Shown: positions 34,731 to 45,188, counted from the first letter of the stretch. The stretch is DNA of 64,000 nucleotides from a bacterium UBP8_UBA817 (GCA_945898045.1 CAMDGG010000006.1:5393-69392); one strand, 5' to 3'. Notes: a model not told the origin generated them from the letters alone. Numbers and translations are program-made.

Positions 34731-37352
34731 TTATTTCTGAAAAACAAACACCTGCGGATTTACCAAATATTTTTTAGCTGTTTGAATCACATCTTCTTTT
34801 TTTAATTTAGAAATTTCGTCCAAAACCCGTACATAATAATCTTGTCCCAATCCATACAAAAGATCCGTTGAAGACGCCATCAATTTTGATTCTAAAGAAG
34901 ACACACGATCCTGATACGAAAACCTCAACTGCGCAATCGCCTCAGAAAATTCTGTATCACTAATCGGCTTTTGTTTAATATCTTCGATCTGAGCCAACAT
35001 GATTTTCTGAACCTCATCTACCTTATCTGGACTCGTCAACGCATTGGCCACAAAAACACCTCTTTCTAGCCCCGCCTGACTATCCGCGTGCACCATATAC
35101 ACATACCCTTTATCACGCAAAATATGATGAAATCTGCCACCTGGATAACTTGCCCCAGACAAAACCGCATCCACCAAATCCAATTTTAAAACCTCACGAG
35201 GATCTTCATAAGATACCCCATCAAACGCAATAAAAAGCCCCGAAACATCTTGGGAAATTTTTGGCTTTTCTACAGACGATTGCGTATGAAGAATACGATC
35301 TGTTTTAGCCGTCGCATTGAACAAATTTTGAGAAGGCTTAAACGCTAAAAATTGTTTCTCAATTTCTTTCAAAACCGTTTTTTCATCAAAATCACCAAAG
35401 ACACTCACTACCATTGCACTCGGGTTGAGCAAATACTGATAATGTGCTTTCACATCTGCCAATGAAATCAACTTTACAGAAGCGTCTTCGCCTAAGGCAG
35501 AAAGACCATAGGAATGCCCAGCAAAAAACGCCTTACGCGTGTAATAACTACCATAACGAAACCAATCATCCTGACGCTGACCAATAGATTTAAGAACCTT
35601 ACGACGGGTCTCATCACATTCGGCTTTATCTACAAATTTCGCATGTAAAAAAGTATGAAAAAAAACAGGGAATAATGTCCCCACATCTTCAGACAAACAA
35701 TCTAATCCATAATAAAAAGTATTTTGGCCCATACTTGCATGCATAATTGCACCATTATCTTCCATCAACGTTTGAATTTTTTGCTTCGAATAAAGATCTG
35801 AATCTTTTCCCATTAAATCTGCAAGAAAATTCCCTATGCCATTCTGCGAAGCCGTTTCTGCGCGTAATCCACCCAAAACAAAAATTTTAGTAAACACCTG
35901 AGGCAACGCATGATCAGGATACAGCAAGACGCGAACGCCATTTTTCAATACATGCTCCTGAGGAGTCGGAAGTACAACCCCTGCGACATTCTTAGTAGAA
36001 CTTAACAATTTATCTTTCTTATCGGGATACATAACGGTACTTACCATGCGCTCTGGATCCAAATAGTGCGTCGCTACATCCACCACATCCTGCTTTTTCA
36101 CACCACGAAATCTGCGAATATAATCATCATAAAAGGACGTCGAATGACCGTACAAAACACCCGTTCCAAAACGTGAGACACGGTCATCAATAGACGTGAT
36201 TGAAAAAATATCTTCTGCCAATTTTTGCTTACACGCACGCGCCAAACGCGCCTCATCAAACTTACCGGCTTTGATAGAAGCCAAAATACTCAGAACTTCT
36301 TTTTTTGCAGCCTCTACTTTATCTGCATCCACTTCCATCACAACCTCAAAATATCCAGTCGTAAAAGAAGGCGTATACGACGATGCGCGAACAGCGTACG
36401 CCAATTTTTTCTCTTCAACAATTTGCCGATGTAAAAAAGAATCTTCTCCCTCAGATATAATGAATTCCAATAAATCCAACGCATACAAATCTTTAGAAAA
36501 TAAATCGATCGTTGGAAAACGTATACTTAGAAACGTAACCGATGTGTCACCTTTAGTCTCAATTGACCGGGCTGAAAATGGCATGGGCTCACTACCCACT
36601 TGTACTTTAGGAGGAGCTACAGTGGGTGCTTTACCAAAAGTTTCTCTAACCTGAGCCATCACCACATCTTCATTAAAATTACCGCCAATAACCAACAACA
36701 TATTCGACGCAACATATCGGGATTGGTAATACGCACGCACATTATCCTGAGTAAGACGCTTAAAATTATCCAAATAACCAATCACAGGATAACGAATCGG
36801 ATTTACTTTATAAAAATTTTCATTTGAAATTTGATAAAACTTGCGATGAACACTTGCATCATCTTTTTCAATTTCTTTTATAATCACGTCCCGTTCACGC
36901 TTAAATTCTGAGTTCGAAAACTCACACTGAAACATCCACTCAGATAACATCGCAATCGCAGTACCCATTTCAGACGGTACGGTATTAATAAAATACGACG
37001 TATGATCGACAGTGGTATAAGCGTTATAGGCGCCACCCAATTGGGCGATTAAACGACGATAGGTTTCTTCCGAACGCGCTTTCGTAGTTCCACCAGCCAC
37101 CAAGTGTTCTAAGTAATGCGACACTCCAGAACCCAACACCGCATCCTCATCAATCGAACCAGCCCTAATAAACGTCCGAACCGAAACCAGTGACGCACTC
37201 GGATCATTAACCAAAACCACTTTCAAGCCATTATCTAATAAAATTTCTTTAACCATCTGCTTACCCCAAACCATCGGCGAACCCAAAAAGAGAACTCCCA
37301 AAAAAATTAATACAAGTCGTTTTATACCAAACATCTCGTGATAGTAAATCAT
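34731..37352 (-). CDS. M16-family (pitrilysin/insulinase-like) zinc peptidase, double-length fused form
   Basis: Inverted zinc motif HYLEHLV (HxxEH) near the N-terminus, a signal/anchor segment (LVLIFLGVLFLGSPMVWG), and 873 aa consistent with two tandem M16 units. Confidence 0.8.
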   Translation of the reverse strand: MIYYHEMFGIKRLVLIFLGVLFLGSPMVWGKQMVKEILLDNGLKVVLVNDPSASLVSVRTFIRAGSIDEDAVLGSGVSHYLEHLVAGGTTKARSEETYRRLIAQLGGAYNAYTTVDHTSYFINTVPSEMGTAIAMLSEWMFQCEFSNSEFKRERDVIIKEIEKDDASVHRKFYQISNENFYKVNPIRYPVIGYLDNFKRLTQDNVRAYYQSRYVASNMLLVIGGNFNEDVVMAQVRETFGKAPTVAPPKVQVGSEPMPFSARSIETKGDTSVTFLSIRFPTIDLFSKDLYALDLLEFIISEGEDSFLHRQIVEEKKLAYAVRASSYTPSFTTGYFEVVMEVDADKVEAAKKEVLSILASIKAGKFDEARLARACKQKLAEDIFSITSIDDRVSRFGTGVLYGHSTSFYDDYIRRFRGVKKQDVVDVATHYLDPERMVSTVMYPDKKDKLLSSTKNVAGVVLPTPQEHVLKNGVRVLLYPDHALPQVFTKIFVLGGLRAETASQNGIGNFLADLMGKDSDLYSKQKIQTLMEDNGAIMHASMGQNTFYYGLDCLSEDVGTLFPVFFHTFLHAKFVDKAECDETRRKVLKSIGQRQDDWFRYGSYYTRKAFFAGHSYGLSALGEDASVKLISLADVKAHYQYLLNPSAMVVSVFGDFDEKTVLKEIEKQFLAFKPSQNLFNATAKTDRILHTQSSVEKPKISQDVSGLFIAFDGVSYEDPREVLKLDLVDAVLSGASYPGGRFHHILRDKGYVYMVHADSQAGLERGVFVANALTSPDKVDEVQKIMLAQIEDIKQKPISDTEFSEAIAQLRFSYQDRVSSLESKLMASSTDLLYGLGQDYYVRVLDEISKLKKEDVIQTAKKYLVNPQVFVFQK

Positions 37353-37381
37353 TTAAGATTGCCATACAATACAACATTCGT

Positions 37382-38077
37382 ATGAAAGACACCCTATTCC
37401 AAAACCCAACCAATCGGCCCTTTGCTTTCGACGCCGATGTCACCTATGTTTTTGATGACATGATCGAACGCAGCGTCCCCTTCTATAACGAAATTCAAAA
37501 CCAAATCCAAGAACTCACACATCGATTCGCCCAACCCCATACGACCATTTACGATTTGGGATGTTCCACTGGTACAACTCTCGCTAAACTCAAGCAAGAC
37601 ACACTTACTTTAGTCGGCATCGACTCTAGCGAATCCATGCTTGAAAAAGCCAAAAAGAAATACCCAGAAGCCACCTACATCCTACATGATTTAAATACAC
37701 CTCCCCCACTTCCAAATGCGAGCATCATCATCATGAATTTATGTCTACAATTTATTCACCCGGAAAATAGAACTCCATTACTAAATCATATTTACCAACA
37801 CCTTTTACCAGGAGGCCTGTTTATTCTTATAGAAAAAGTAACGCCAGACGCACCAGAAAATACAGCTTTATTCGAAACCCTTTACCACGCGTTCAAAAAA
37901 CGAAATGGCTATAGTGACAATGAAATTCAACACAAAAAAAAGGCCTTGAAAAACGTCTTAATCCCACTCACACCAGAACAAAATAAAGACCTATTAAAAC
38001 AAAGTGGATTCACCTGTATCGATACCTTTTTTCAATGGTATTCTTTCATAGGACTACTAGCCATCAAGGAGCATTAA
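37382..38077 (+). CDS. cmoA: carboxy-S-adenosyl-L-methionine synthase CmoA (class I SAM-dependent methyltransferase fold)
   Basis: N-terminal FDADVTYVFDDMIERSVPFYNEIQ matches the CmoA signature. SAM motif I is IYDLGCSTG. Confidence 0.8.
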   Translation: MKDTLFQNPTNRPFAFDADVTYVFDDMIERSVPFYNEIQNQIQELTHRFAQPHTTIYDLGCSTGTTLAKLKQDTLTLVGIDSSESMLEKAKKKYPEATYILHDLNTPPPLPNASIIIMNLCLQFIHPENRTPLLNHIYQHLLPGGLFILIEKVTPDAPENTALFETLYHAFKKRNGYSDNEIQHKKKALKNVLIPLTPEQNKDLLKQSGFTCIDTFFQWYSFIGLLAIKEH

Positions 38078-38081
38078 AGAC

Positions 38082-39350
38082 ATGAACACCTTACTCGAAA
38101 AAATCAAACCGTATCAAAAACTAATCGCTATTGTCATTATCATTCTCGTCTCTCTCACCATGGGTCTACGCTATATGATGACAACATCTGCATCGAGTAA
38201 GCCCCATTTTTTACCCGCCCTTAAAACCGAACAAAAAACGCCAACAGCCTCCACAAAAATACAGATTACTCACATCAAAACCCCTGCATCCATGCGTGCC
38301 ATCTACATCACAAGCTGGGTTTCCTCACAAAAACAATGGCGTGAAAATCTCATTAAATTTGTTGAAAAATCAGAAATAAATAGTGTCATCATCGACATCA
38401 AAGATTATTCCGGATATGTCACATTCGACACAAAAGACCCTTATATCAAAGCTCTAAATACAGAACAAATACGCGTAAAAGATCTAAAAGAATGGATTGA
38501 GGATCTTCACAAGCGTGGCATCTATACCATTGCCAGAATTACCGTTTTTCAGGATCCCATTTACGCAAACTCACATCCTAAAGAAGCTGTACAAACCAAA
38601 CAAGGCACCGTCTGGACCGATAAACACAAACTCGCCTACGTCGACGTCGCATCAAAACCTTTTTGGACCTACATCGTTCATATCGCACAAGCTGCTGAAC
38701 AAGTAGGTTTCGACGAAGTCAATTTTGACTACATCCGATACCCTACAGACGGTAATCTAAAAAATATTCAATTTCCCCTCTCAGGCCCAAGTGTCCTCAT
38801 CAAAGACTCGCGTCTTTATGCCACAGCCTCTCCCAATGCAGGCACAAAAAATATCGCATCACGACGGATCTCTCCTAGAGAAAAACATCTCAGCGAATTT
38901 TTCATCTACCTTCGCCAAGAGTTAAAAAACATTGGTATCCCCATGTCCGCAGACGTCTTTGGTATGACAATGACCAATTACGATGACATTGGCATTGGCC
39001 AAGTACTAGAAAGCGTAGAACCCAATTTTGATTATATATACCCAATGGTCTATCCCTCCCATTACCCACCAGGATTCAACAAGTTTGCAAAGCCCGCGGA
39101 ACACCCTTACGAAATAGTGCACTATGCCATGAAATACGGTGCGGAAAGACTCAGAAAACAAGGTAAAAATCCCAATAAGTTAAGACCCTGGCTACAAGAT
39201 TTTAACCTAGGCGCAAAATATGATGCCGCGAAAATACGGGCTCAGATCAAGGCAACCCGTGACGCAAATCTTACAGGTTACTTAATATGGGATCCCAGAA
39301 ATAAATACACACAAGAGGCCTATCTTCCCTCAAAAAACGAACAGCTCTAA
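38082..39350 (+). CDS. putative glycoside hydrolase-like TIM-barrel protein (DUF4015-like), membrane anchored
   Basis: N-terminal TM helix. MRAIYITSW...NSVIIDIKDYSG...ARITVFQD...FDEVNFDYIRYP pattern as in the putative glycoside hydrolase family. Confidence 0.6.
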   Translation: MNTLLEKIKPYQKLIAIVIIILVSLTMGLRYMMTTSASSKPHFLPALKTEQKTPTASTKIQITHIKTPASMRAIYITSWVSSQKQWRENLIKFVEKSEINSVIIDIKDYSGYVTFDTKDPYIKALNTEQIRVKDLKEWIEDLHKRGIYTIARITVFQDPIYANSHPKEAVQTKQGTVWTDKHKLAYVDVASKPFWTYIVHIAQAAEQVGFDEVNFDYIRYPTDGNLKNIQFPLSGPSVLIKDSRLYATASPNAGTKNIASRRISPREKHLSEFFIYLRQELKNIGIPMSADVFGMTMTNYDDIGIGQVLESVEPNFDYIYPMVYPSHYPPGFNKFAKPAEHPYEIVHYAMKYGAERLRKQGKNPNKLRPWLQDFNLGAKYDAAKIRAQIKATRDANLTGYLIWDPRNKYTQEAYLPSKNEQL

Positions 39351-39688
39351 CCAATATTCAATAAATGATCCTGCACAAGATCGCCATGCACAACCACTAA
39401 ATCTAGACGCATGGCGCCCTTGTGTGTAGGATGACTCAAAAGATAATATTCTGCAGTCTTGTGAATACGTTTTAATTTCGTAGCTGTTACGGCTGCAAAT
39501 GGCGATACAAAGCTTTTAAATTTATAGGTTTTAACTTCACAAAAAACCAAAACATTTTGAGGATCATACGCAATAATATCGATCTCTCCCAATCGAGAAA
39601 AAAAATTAGTTTCAACGATGCTATACCCCTTCTTCACCAAATAAAGCCCCGCAACTCGCTCCCCCTCACGTCCCTTTTTCGTCGACAT
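39347..39688 (-). CDS. yraN: YraN-family endonuclease (UPF0102)
   Basis: GREGERVAGLYLVKKGYSIVETNF..RLGEIDIIAYD...LVFCEVKTY motif. The conserved rnhB-yraN pairing is present. Confidence 0.85.
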   Translation of the reverse strand: MSTKKGREGERVAGLYLVKKGYSIVETNFFSRLGEIDIIAYDPQNVLVFCEVKTYKFKSFVSPFAAVTATKLKRIHKTAEYYLLSHPTHKGAMRLDLVVVHGDLVQDHLLNIG

Positions 39689-40251
39689 CAGAATAAACTC
39701 TGCTGCCGATGCAAGTTAAACGTCTTCCGATGTACATCCGAAATTCCATGCGCAAACAAAGCCTCATAATGCAACGCCGTTCCATATCCCTTATGAATCT
39801 GAAATCCATAGGCCGGAAACTTTTTATCCAAACAATCCATCATACGATCACGCAATACTTTCGCTACAATTGACGCAGCTGAAATCTCTGGAATTAAGCG
39901 ATCTCCATGCACAATCGCCCGCATGCTAAACCTAGGCAAAGTCGGGATTTTATTGCCATCAATTAACACCTCATCCGGCGTGCAGGACAATGCCATAATA
40001 CTACGAGACATAGCAGACAAGGTCGCCTTCAAAATATTTTTCTGGTCCACATAAAAAGCACTATGAACCCCAACGCCAATATGCGACTCAGACGCCTCTA
40101 AAATAATAAACAAAGCCTCTCGCTTAGCAGCCGTTAGTTGTTTTGAATCTAAAAATAAATCTGGGGGAAGTGCAGGATCTAATACAACAGCGGCGGCGAC
40201 AACAGGACCAGCCAAAGCGCCTCGTCCTGCCTCATCAACCCCCGCAATCAC
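39688..40251 (-). CDS. rnhB: ribonuclease HII
   Basis: IAGVDEAGRGALAGPVV active-site motif and DSKQL. Confidence 0.92.
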   Translation of the reverse strand: MIAGVDEAGRGALAGPVVAAAVVLDPALPPDLFLDSKQLTAAKREALFIILEASESHIGVGVHSAFYVDQKNILKATLSAMSRSIMALSCTPDEVLIDGNKIPTLPRFSMRAIVHGDRLIPEISAASIVAKVLRDRMMDCLDKKFPAYGFQIHKGYGTALHYEALFAHGISDVHRKTFNLHRQQSLF

Positions 40252-41487
40252 CTAGCTAAATTTTTTAAGAACCAAAACCCCGTTATGACCACCAAATCCA
40301 AAAGAATTTGAAATAGCCACGTTAATATCTCGGGCAATCGCTTTATTAGGCGTATAGTTCAAATCACACTCAGGATCAGCTGTTTCATAGTTCATAGTAG
40401 GTGGCACAATACCGTTTTTAATTGCTAGTGCAGAGGCAATCAATTCAATACCACCCGCAGCTCCCAACAAATGTCCGGTCATAGACTTCGTAGAACTGAC
40501 AGCCATCTTATAAGCATGGTCACCAAAAGCGGTTTTAATCGCCGCTGTTTCATTTTTATCATTTAAGTAAGTAGACGTACCATGTGCATTCACATAATCC
40601 ACATCTTCTGGAGAAATCTTAGCCATCGCCAATGCCATCTTAATCGCACGAGCGGCCCCCTCACCTTCTGGCGCAGGAGCAGTCAAATGATAGGCATCGC
40701 CACTAGATCCAAAACCAACAACTTCCGCATAAATCTGCGCACCTCTAGCTTTAGCATGTTCCAACTCTTCAAATACCAAAATCCCAGCACCCTCACCCAT
40801 CACAAACCCATCTCTGGTTTTATCAAAAGGACGAGACGCATGTTCTGGATCATCATTTGCAGAAGACAAAGACCGGGCCGCACAAAAAGAACCCAAGCCC
40901 AATGGTGTAATACAGGCTTCAGATCCGCCTGTAATCATTGCGACTGCATCACCAAGTTGAATTAATCTAAATGCGTTACTCATCGAATGTGCAGAAGACG
41001 CACACGCCGTAACTGAACAAGAATTAGGCCCTTTCGCGCCTGTTTTCATTGCCACCTGGCCAGCAGCCATATCGCAAATCATCATCGGCACTGTAAACGG
41101 ACTGATTTTGGAAGGTCCGCGATTAAGCAAAATTTCACAAGCCTGTTCTAAAATTTCAATACCACCAATACCTGATCCAATCTCAACCCCAATACGCTCA
41201 GGGTCTTTAGAAATATCTAAACCAGAATCACGAACCGCCTCTTGAGCCGCTGCAACTGCAAGCAAAATAAAGCGTGACGAACGACGCACTTCTTTTGCAT
41301 CAAAAAAAGGAGAAAAATCAAAATCAAGAACTTCCGCTGCAATTTGTGTAGAAAATTGAGAAGTATCAAAAGCCTGAATTTTACCCACGCCGTTACGACC
41401 TGAAATCAACCCTTCCCAAAAATCAGGAACGTTGGCGCCAATGGGGGTAACCGCCCCCATACCGGTAATAACGACGCGTTTCAACAT
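40252..41487 (-). CDS. fabF: 3-oxoacyl-ACP synthase II
   Basis: Active-site CASSAHS, HGTST and GHLLGAAG motifs. Located downstream of acpP. Confidence 0.95.
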   Translation of the reverse strand: MLKRVVITGMGAVTPIGANVPDFWEGLISGRNGVGKIQAFDTSQFSTQIAAEVLDFDFSPFFDAKEVRRSSRFILLAVAAAQEAVRDSGLDISKDPERIGVEIGSGIGGIEILEQACEILLNRGPSKISPFTVPMMICDMAAGQVAMKTGAKGPNSCSVTACASSAHSMSNAFRLIQLGDAVAMITGGSEACITPLGLGSFCAARSLSSANDDPEHASRPFDKTRDGFVMGEGAGILVFEELEHAKARGAQIYAEVVGFGSSGDAYHLTAPAPEGEGAARAIKMALAMAKISPEDVDYVNAHGTSTYLNDKNETAAIKTAFGDHAYKMAVSSTKSMTGHLLGAAGGIELIASALAIKNGIVPPTMNYETADPECDLNYTPNKAIARDINVAISNSFGFGGHNGVLVLKKFS

Positions 41488-41490
41488 AGG

Positions 41491-41739
41491 TTACTTAACA
41501 GTAGAAAGAATGAAATCAACCGTTTTACCAACAGTCGTCAATTTCTCAGCTTCCTCGTCCGCAATCTCAGTACCAAATTCTTCTTCTAAAGCCATAACCA
41601 ATTCAACTGTATCCAAAGAGTCTGCACCTAAGTCATCTGTAAAAGACGCTTCACGTGCTACTTCTTCTTCCGACACGCCCAACTGTTCAACGATAACTGA
41701 TTTAACTTTTTCATAAACTTCTTGTTCTGATAATGCCAT
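41491..41739 (-). CDS. acpP: acyl carrier protein
   Basis: [20 protein letters not shown] phosphopantetheine-attachment motif. Confidence 0.95.
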   Translation of the reverse strand: MALSEQEVYEKVKSVIVEQLGVSEEEVAREASFTDDLGADSLDTVELVMALEEEFGTEIADEEAEKLTTVGKTVDFILSTVK

Positions 41740-41794
41740 ATTAGTACACCTTCCTTAACGTAATTGAATGATATTGCTAGTGTAACATGCAGAC

Positions 41795-42544
41795 CTACAT
41801 CTGCATCCCCCCATCAACATGAAGTACCTGGCCTGTTGTGTAAGCTGCTAAATCAGAGGCCAAAAACGAAACCATCTGTGCAACTTCACGAGCAGAACCT
41901 AATCGCTTCTGAGGGATAGAGGCCATTATAGTATCAAGATAATCTTTAGGTAAAGATTGAATCATGTCTGTCTCAATAAATCCGGGGGCTACAACATTGC
42001 ACGTAATATTTTTCGCACCAAATTCACGCGCAATCGATTTACTAAATCCAATGATGCCCGCTTTAGATGCCGCATAGTTAGCCTGCCCCGCGTTACCCAT
42101 CACCCCAACAACCGAACTAATATTCACAATCCGGCCATACCGATTTTTAAGCATGGGTTTTAAAACGGCCTTCGTAAAATTAAATACCGAATTCAAATTA
42201 ACAGAAATAACATTGGTCCATTCTTCCAAAGACATACGCAACATCAAATTATCCCGCGTAATCCCCGCGTTATTGATCAAAATATCAACGCGCCCAAATT
42301 TTTCTAAAACAGTTTTCACAACAGAGGCCCCGTCTTCAAAAGAAGACACATCCGCCGCAATACCTATACAGGCTACGCCATACGTTTCCTGCAATGCAGC
42401 CGCCACTTCATCACATACAGACTGACGCGTCGCCACACACACGACATTGGCACCATATGACGCCAACGTATCCGCAATCGCATATCCAATCCCACGCGAC
42501 GCACCTGTTACAATTGCAACTTTATTACTGAGGTCCATTTTCAA
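41795..42544 (-). CDS. fabG: 3-oxoacyl-ACP reductase
   Basis: TGASRGIG, NNAG and YAASKAG SDR motifs in fab operon context. Confidence 0.93.
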   Translation of the reverse strand: MKMDLSNKVAIVTGASRGIGYAIADTLASYGANVVCVATRQSVCDEVAAALQETYGVACIGIAADVSSFEDGASVVKTVLEKFGRVDILINNAGITRDNLMLRMSLEEWTNVISVNLNSVFNFTKAVLKPMLKNRYGRIVNISSVVGVMGNAGQANYAASKAGIIGFSKSIAREFGAKNITCNVVAPGFIETDMIQSLPKDYLDTIMASIPQKRLGSAREVAQMVSFLASDLAAYTTGQVLHVDGGMQM

Positions 42545-43445
42545 TTCCCTTTATACTTTCTAAGTCCGATACAGAAACCATCGCCAAGTCCGGCACAATT
42601 TTCCGACACAATCCCGACAACACTTTCCCAGGTCCACACTCAATCAGACGATCCACATGCTGCGCCATAACCTGCATGGAACCAATCCACTGAACAGGAG
42701 AAACCACTTGCAAAGGCAAATTTTTCTTCAAAACATCCGCATCCGTTTCGGGTAACGCGGTACGATTTAAAATAATAGGAAGCTGCGCAGAAGCAAAGAC
42801 TTTATCTTGCAAAAAAACAGCTAATTTTTCAGATCCAGCCGCCATCAATGGCGAGTGAAAAGCCCCGCTCACATTGAGCATAATCGCACGCCCACCTTCT
42901 TTTGATAAAAGATCACAGGCTTCAGTAACGCCAGCTTTTTTTCCAGAGATAACAATCTGGCCAGGACAGTTCAAATTCGCAGCTACAACCGGCCCGTCTT
43001 CAACAGAAGAAACAATCCGTTGAATGACATCCAGCTCCACTTTCATAATCGCCGCCATCGCAGAATCATCCGACGGATAAGACGCCGCCATTGCAGTCCC
43101 TCTAGCCTGAATCACACGCAACGCATCCTCAAACCTCAAAACCCCAGCCGCATAATACGCCGTGATTTCACCCAAACTATGTCCTGCCACAAAAGCCGGC
43201 ACAACACCTTTTCTTTTCAACAACAGCAACAACGCCGCCGATACCAAAAAAATAGCAGGCTGGGCATTCGCAGTCTGCGTTAAAATTTCATCCGGTCCCT
43301 CAAAACAAATAGCCGAAATATCGTAGCCCAAAATCTTATTAGCGCTTAAAAATAACTCTCGCACTTCAAGATCTTGATCATAAAGATCTTTCCCCATCCC
43401 CACTTTTTGAGAGCCCTGTCCGGGAAAAACAAATCCAATCTTCAT
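42525..43445 (-). CDS. fabD: malonyl-CoA:ACP transacylase
   Basis: FPGQGSQ and GHSLGE motifs. Confidence 0.93.
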   Translation of the reverse strand: MKIGFVFPGQGSQKVGMGKDLYDQDLEVRELFLSANKILGYDISAICFEGPDEILTQTANAQPAIFLVSAALLLLLKRKGVVPAFVAGHSLGEITAYYAAGVLRFEDALRVIQARGTAMAASYPSDDSAMAAIMKVELDVIQRIVSSVEDGPVVAANLNCPGQIVISGKKAGVTEACDLLSKEGGRAIMLNVSGAFHSPLMAAGSEKLAVFLQDKVFASAQLPIILNRTALPETDADVLKKNLPLQVVSPVQWIGSMQVMAQHVDRLIECGPGKVLSGLCRKIVPDLAMVSVSDLESIKGIENGPQ

Positions 43446-43461
43446 ATCTATTTACTCCAAA

Positions 43462-43854
43462 TTAACGAATCCAATTTTCAAGCTTCAATCCAGAAATTCG
43501 CTGAAAATGTTTCGTGTTTCCTGTAATAAGCGCCTCCATCTTTTCTAAAGCAGTCGCAGCAATAAAAAGATCTGCATCAGGAAGCAATAAATGTTGCTTT
43601 TTTAGCACCGACTTCAACTCACCAAATCTTCGCATAATCTCCACGTCCGATTGAATAACCCCGATAGTTAATAAAAACTTATCTACGAGTAACCGATTTT
43701 CAACCACATTAGAAGAATTTTCAACCCCATAATACAACTCAGCCACCGTCATAAAACTAATAAAGACATCACCAGAATACGCACGCCGCCTATCAATAAG
43801 AACCTTATTCCCACGCAATAACTCTATACAAATATCAGTATCAAACAGAATCAC
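43462..43854 (-). CDS. vapC: PIN-domain toxin VapC
   Basis: MILFDTDICIELL N-terminal acidic motif, 130 aa, and a 4-nt overlap with the upstream small RHH gene. Confidence 0.8.
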   Translation of the reverse strand: MILFDTDICIELLRGNKVLIDRRRAYSGDVFISFMTVAELYYGVENSSNVVENRLLVDKFLLTIGVIQSDVEIMRRFGELKSVLKKQHLLLPDADLFIAATALEKMEALITGNTKHFQRISGLKLENWIR

Positions 43855-44138
43855 AAAACAACATCCCGCCCCAACGTCCGAGTCTCATAAATATCCCGAA
43901 TCACCGCTTTAGTAGTCCGTTTATCCTTCCATTTCCCAGAAAGCTCTTGCCAAAGCGCAACCTGCATTTCAACACTAATCGGGCGTTGCGTCTTGGGAAA
44001 TTCTGATTCCAACAAAAATGCCCCACGCTCAATAGCAATCAAAAATTCACTATTAAGGCTCCGCCTACTTCTTCCGGCCAAAAACTTTAGCTTCTCAAAA
44101 ATAGACTCCGGAATATTTCGAATCGTCAAACTAGACAT
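43851..44138 (-). CDS. vapB: ribbon-helix-helix antitoxin (VapB/FitA/Arc-like)
   Basis: N-terminal LTIRNIPESIFEKLKFLAGRSRRSLNSEFLIAIE is a typical RHH beta-strand-helix-helix. Overlaps vapC. Confidence 0.7.
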   Translation of the reverse strand: MSSLTIRNIPESIFEKLKFLAGRSRRSLNSEFLIAIERGAFLLESEFPKTQRPISVEMQVALWQELSGKWKDKRTTKAVIRDIYETRTLGRDVVL

Positions 44139-44179
44139 GATAATATTTTAGTTACAAAATAAAACCATGTCAACGTTTC

Positions 44180-45106
44180 TCACAACCCCTTCTGCCCTTC
44201 CAACCGAACCACACGCTTCAACAAATCGTCCTGGGCCTCTTTCAATTTCTTATTCTCTTTTTCAAGAGCAATCACATAAAGCGTCAATTCTTCAATTTTC
44301 TGCATATGCAATTTCTGCATAGAAGCCACACTCATCCCTTTTGAAACCACTTCTTTTTCAGAAGGCACATCAGGTAAATGTTTTTGGGTCAAAATAAACG
44401 ATTCTAATTCAGGTAACGACCTCAAACGATAACCAGGCTCAAGCACAAAATCCGCCCAACTTGTTTGAGAAATAATAATGTCTTTAGCTTTAATTGAACC
44501 GCTCACCGTTAACTCATTCGTAGGATAAATATCCCCAATACCCACTTTTCCATTTTGATTAATAACAAAAATCGGTTTCCTAAACGTCGTGCCCCCAGGC
44601 ACCGTAGAAGATGCAATTTCAAAACCACCATCTACAACTTCTTGCGTTGATATTTTCCAATTATAGTGTGCTGGGGCCGCATCAGATCGCAGATACAAAC
44701 CACTCGCACTACCCTCATTTTGGTTGACCAAAATTTGGCCTTTAACTTGGAGTTTTTGAGTGGGGGTTTTTGTAGCAATTCCCACTTTCCCAGACGAATC
44801 AATAACCAATTTTGAAGAAAAGTCCCCTCCAGGCGTTTGAAAATGGAGAGTCCCAGAACTATCGTTTCCAATGAATGCATTTTGTCCGGCCGCATTCTTT
44901 AGTCCGATGTACGCCAAATTTGCCGCACTAGTAGATTCAAAGGATGAAATGGTTGTGCCGGATGATACTACGTGTAAGCTTGTAGAAGGGGCAGCAGTCC
45001 CAATCCCAACATTACTCCCATTCACATAAATAGGGCTACTCTGTGCGAATGCTAGGGACTGCATGCCACAGAAAAGAAAAATTAAACTTAGGTTTTTGAT
45101 TTTCAT
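44180..45106 (-). CDS. small secreted tail-fibre-like protein (third member of the GIGT-motif family)
   Basis: Signal peptide MKIKNLSLIFLFCGMQSLAFA. Three motif copies (SNVGIGTAAPSTSLHVV, GKVGIATKTPTQKLQVKG, GKVGIGDIYPTNELTVSG). C-terminal WADFVLEPGYRLRSLPELESFILTQKHLPDVPSEKEV...KIEELTLYVIALEKENKKLK module plus coiled coil. Confidence 0.75.
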   Translation of the reverse strand: MKIKNLSLIFLFCGMQSLAFAQSSPIYVNGSNVGIGTAAPSTSLHVVSSGTTISSFESTSAANLAYIGLKNAAGQNAFIGNDSSGTLHFQTPGGDFSSKLVIDSSGKVGIATKTPTQKLQVKGQILVNQNEGSASGLYLRSDAAPAHYNWKISTQEVVDGGFEIASSTVPGGTTFRKPIFVINQNGKVGIGDIYPTNELTVSGSIKAKDIIISQTSWADFVLEPGYRLRSLPELESFILTQKHLPDVPSEKEVVSKGMSVASMQKLHMQKIEELTLYVIALEKENKKLKEAQDDLLKRVVRLEGQKGL

Positions 45107-45188
45107 GATATCTCCTTTTTCTCTAAAAGGTACACGACATCATCTCGTAACGTCAATATATTTTTCAATAAAAATAAAGACTTACGGC

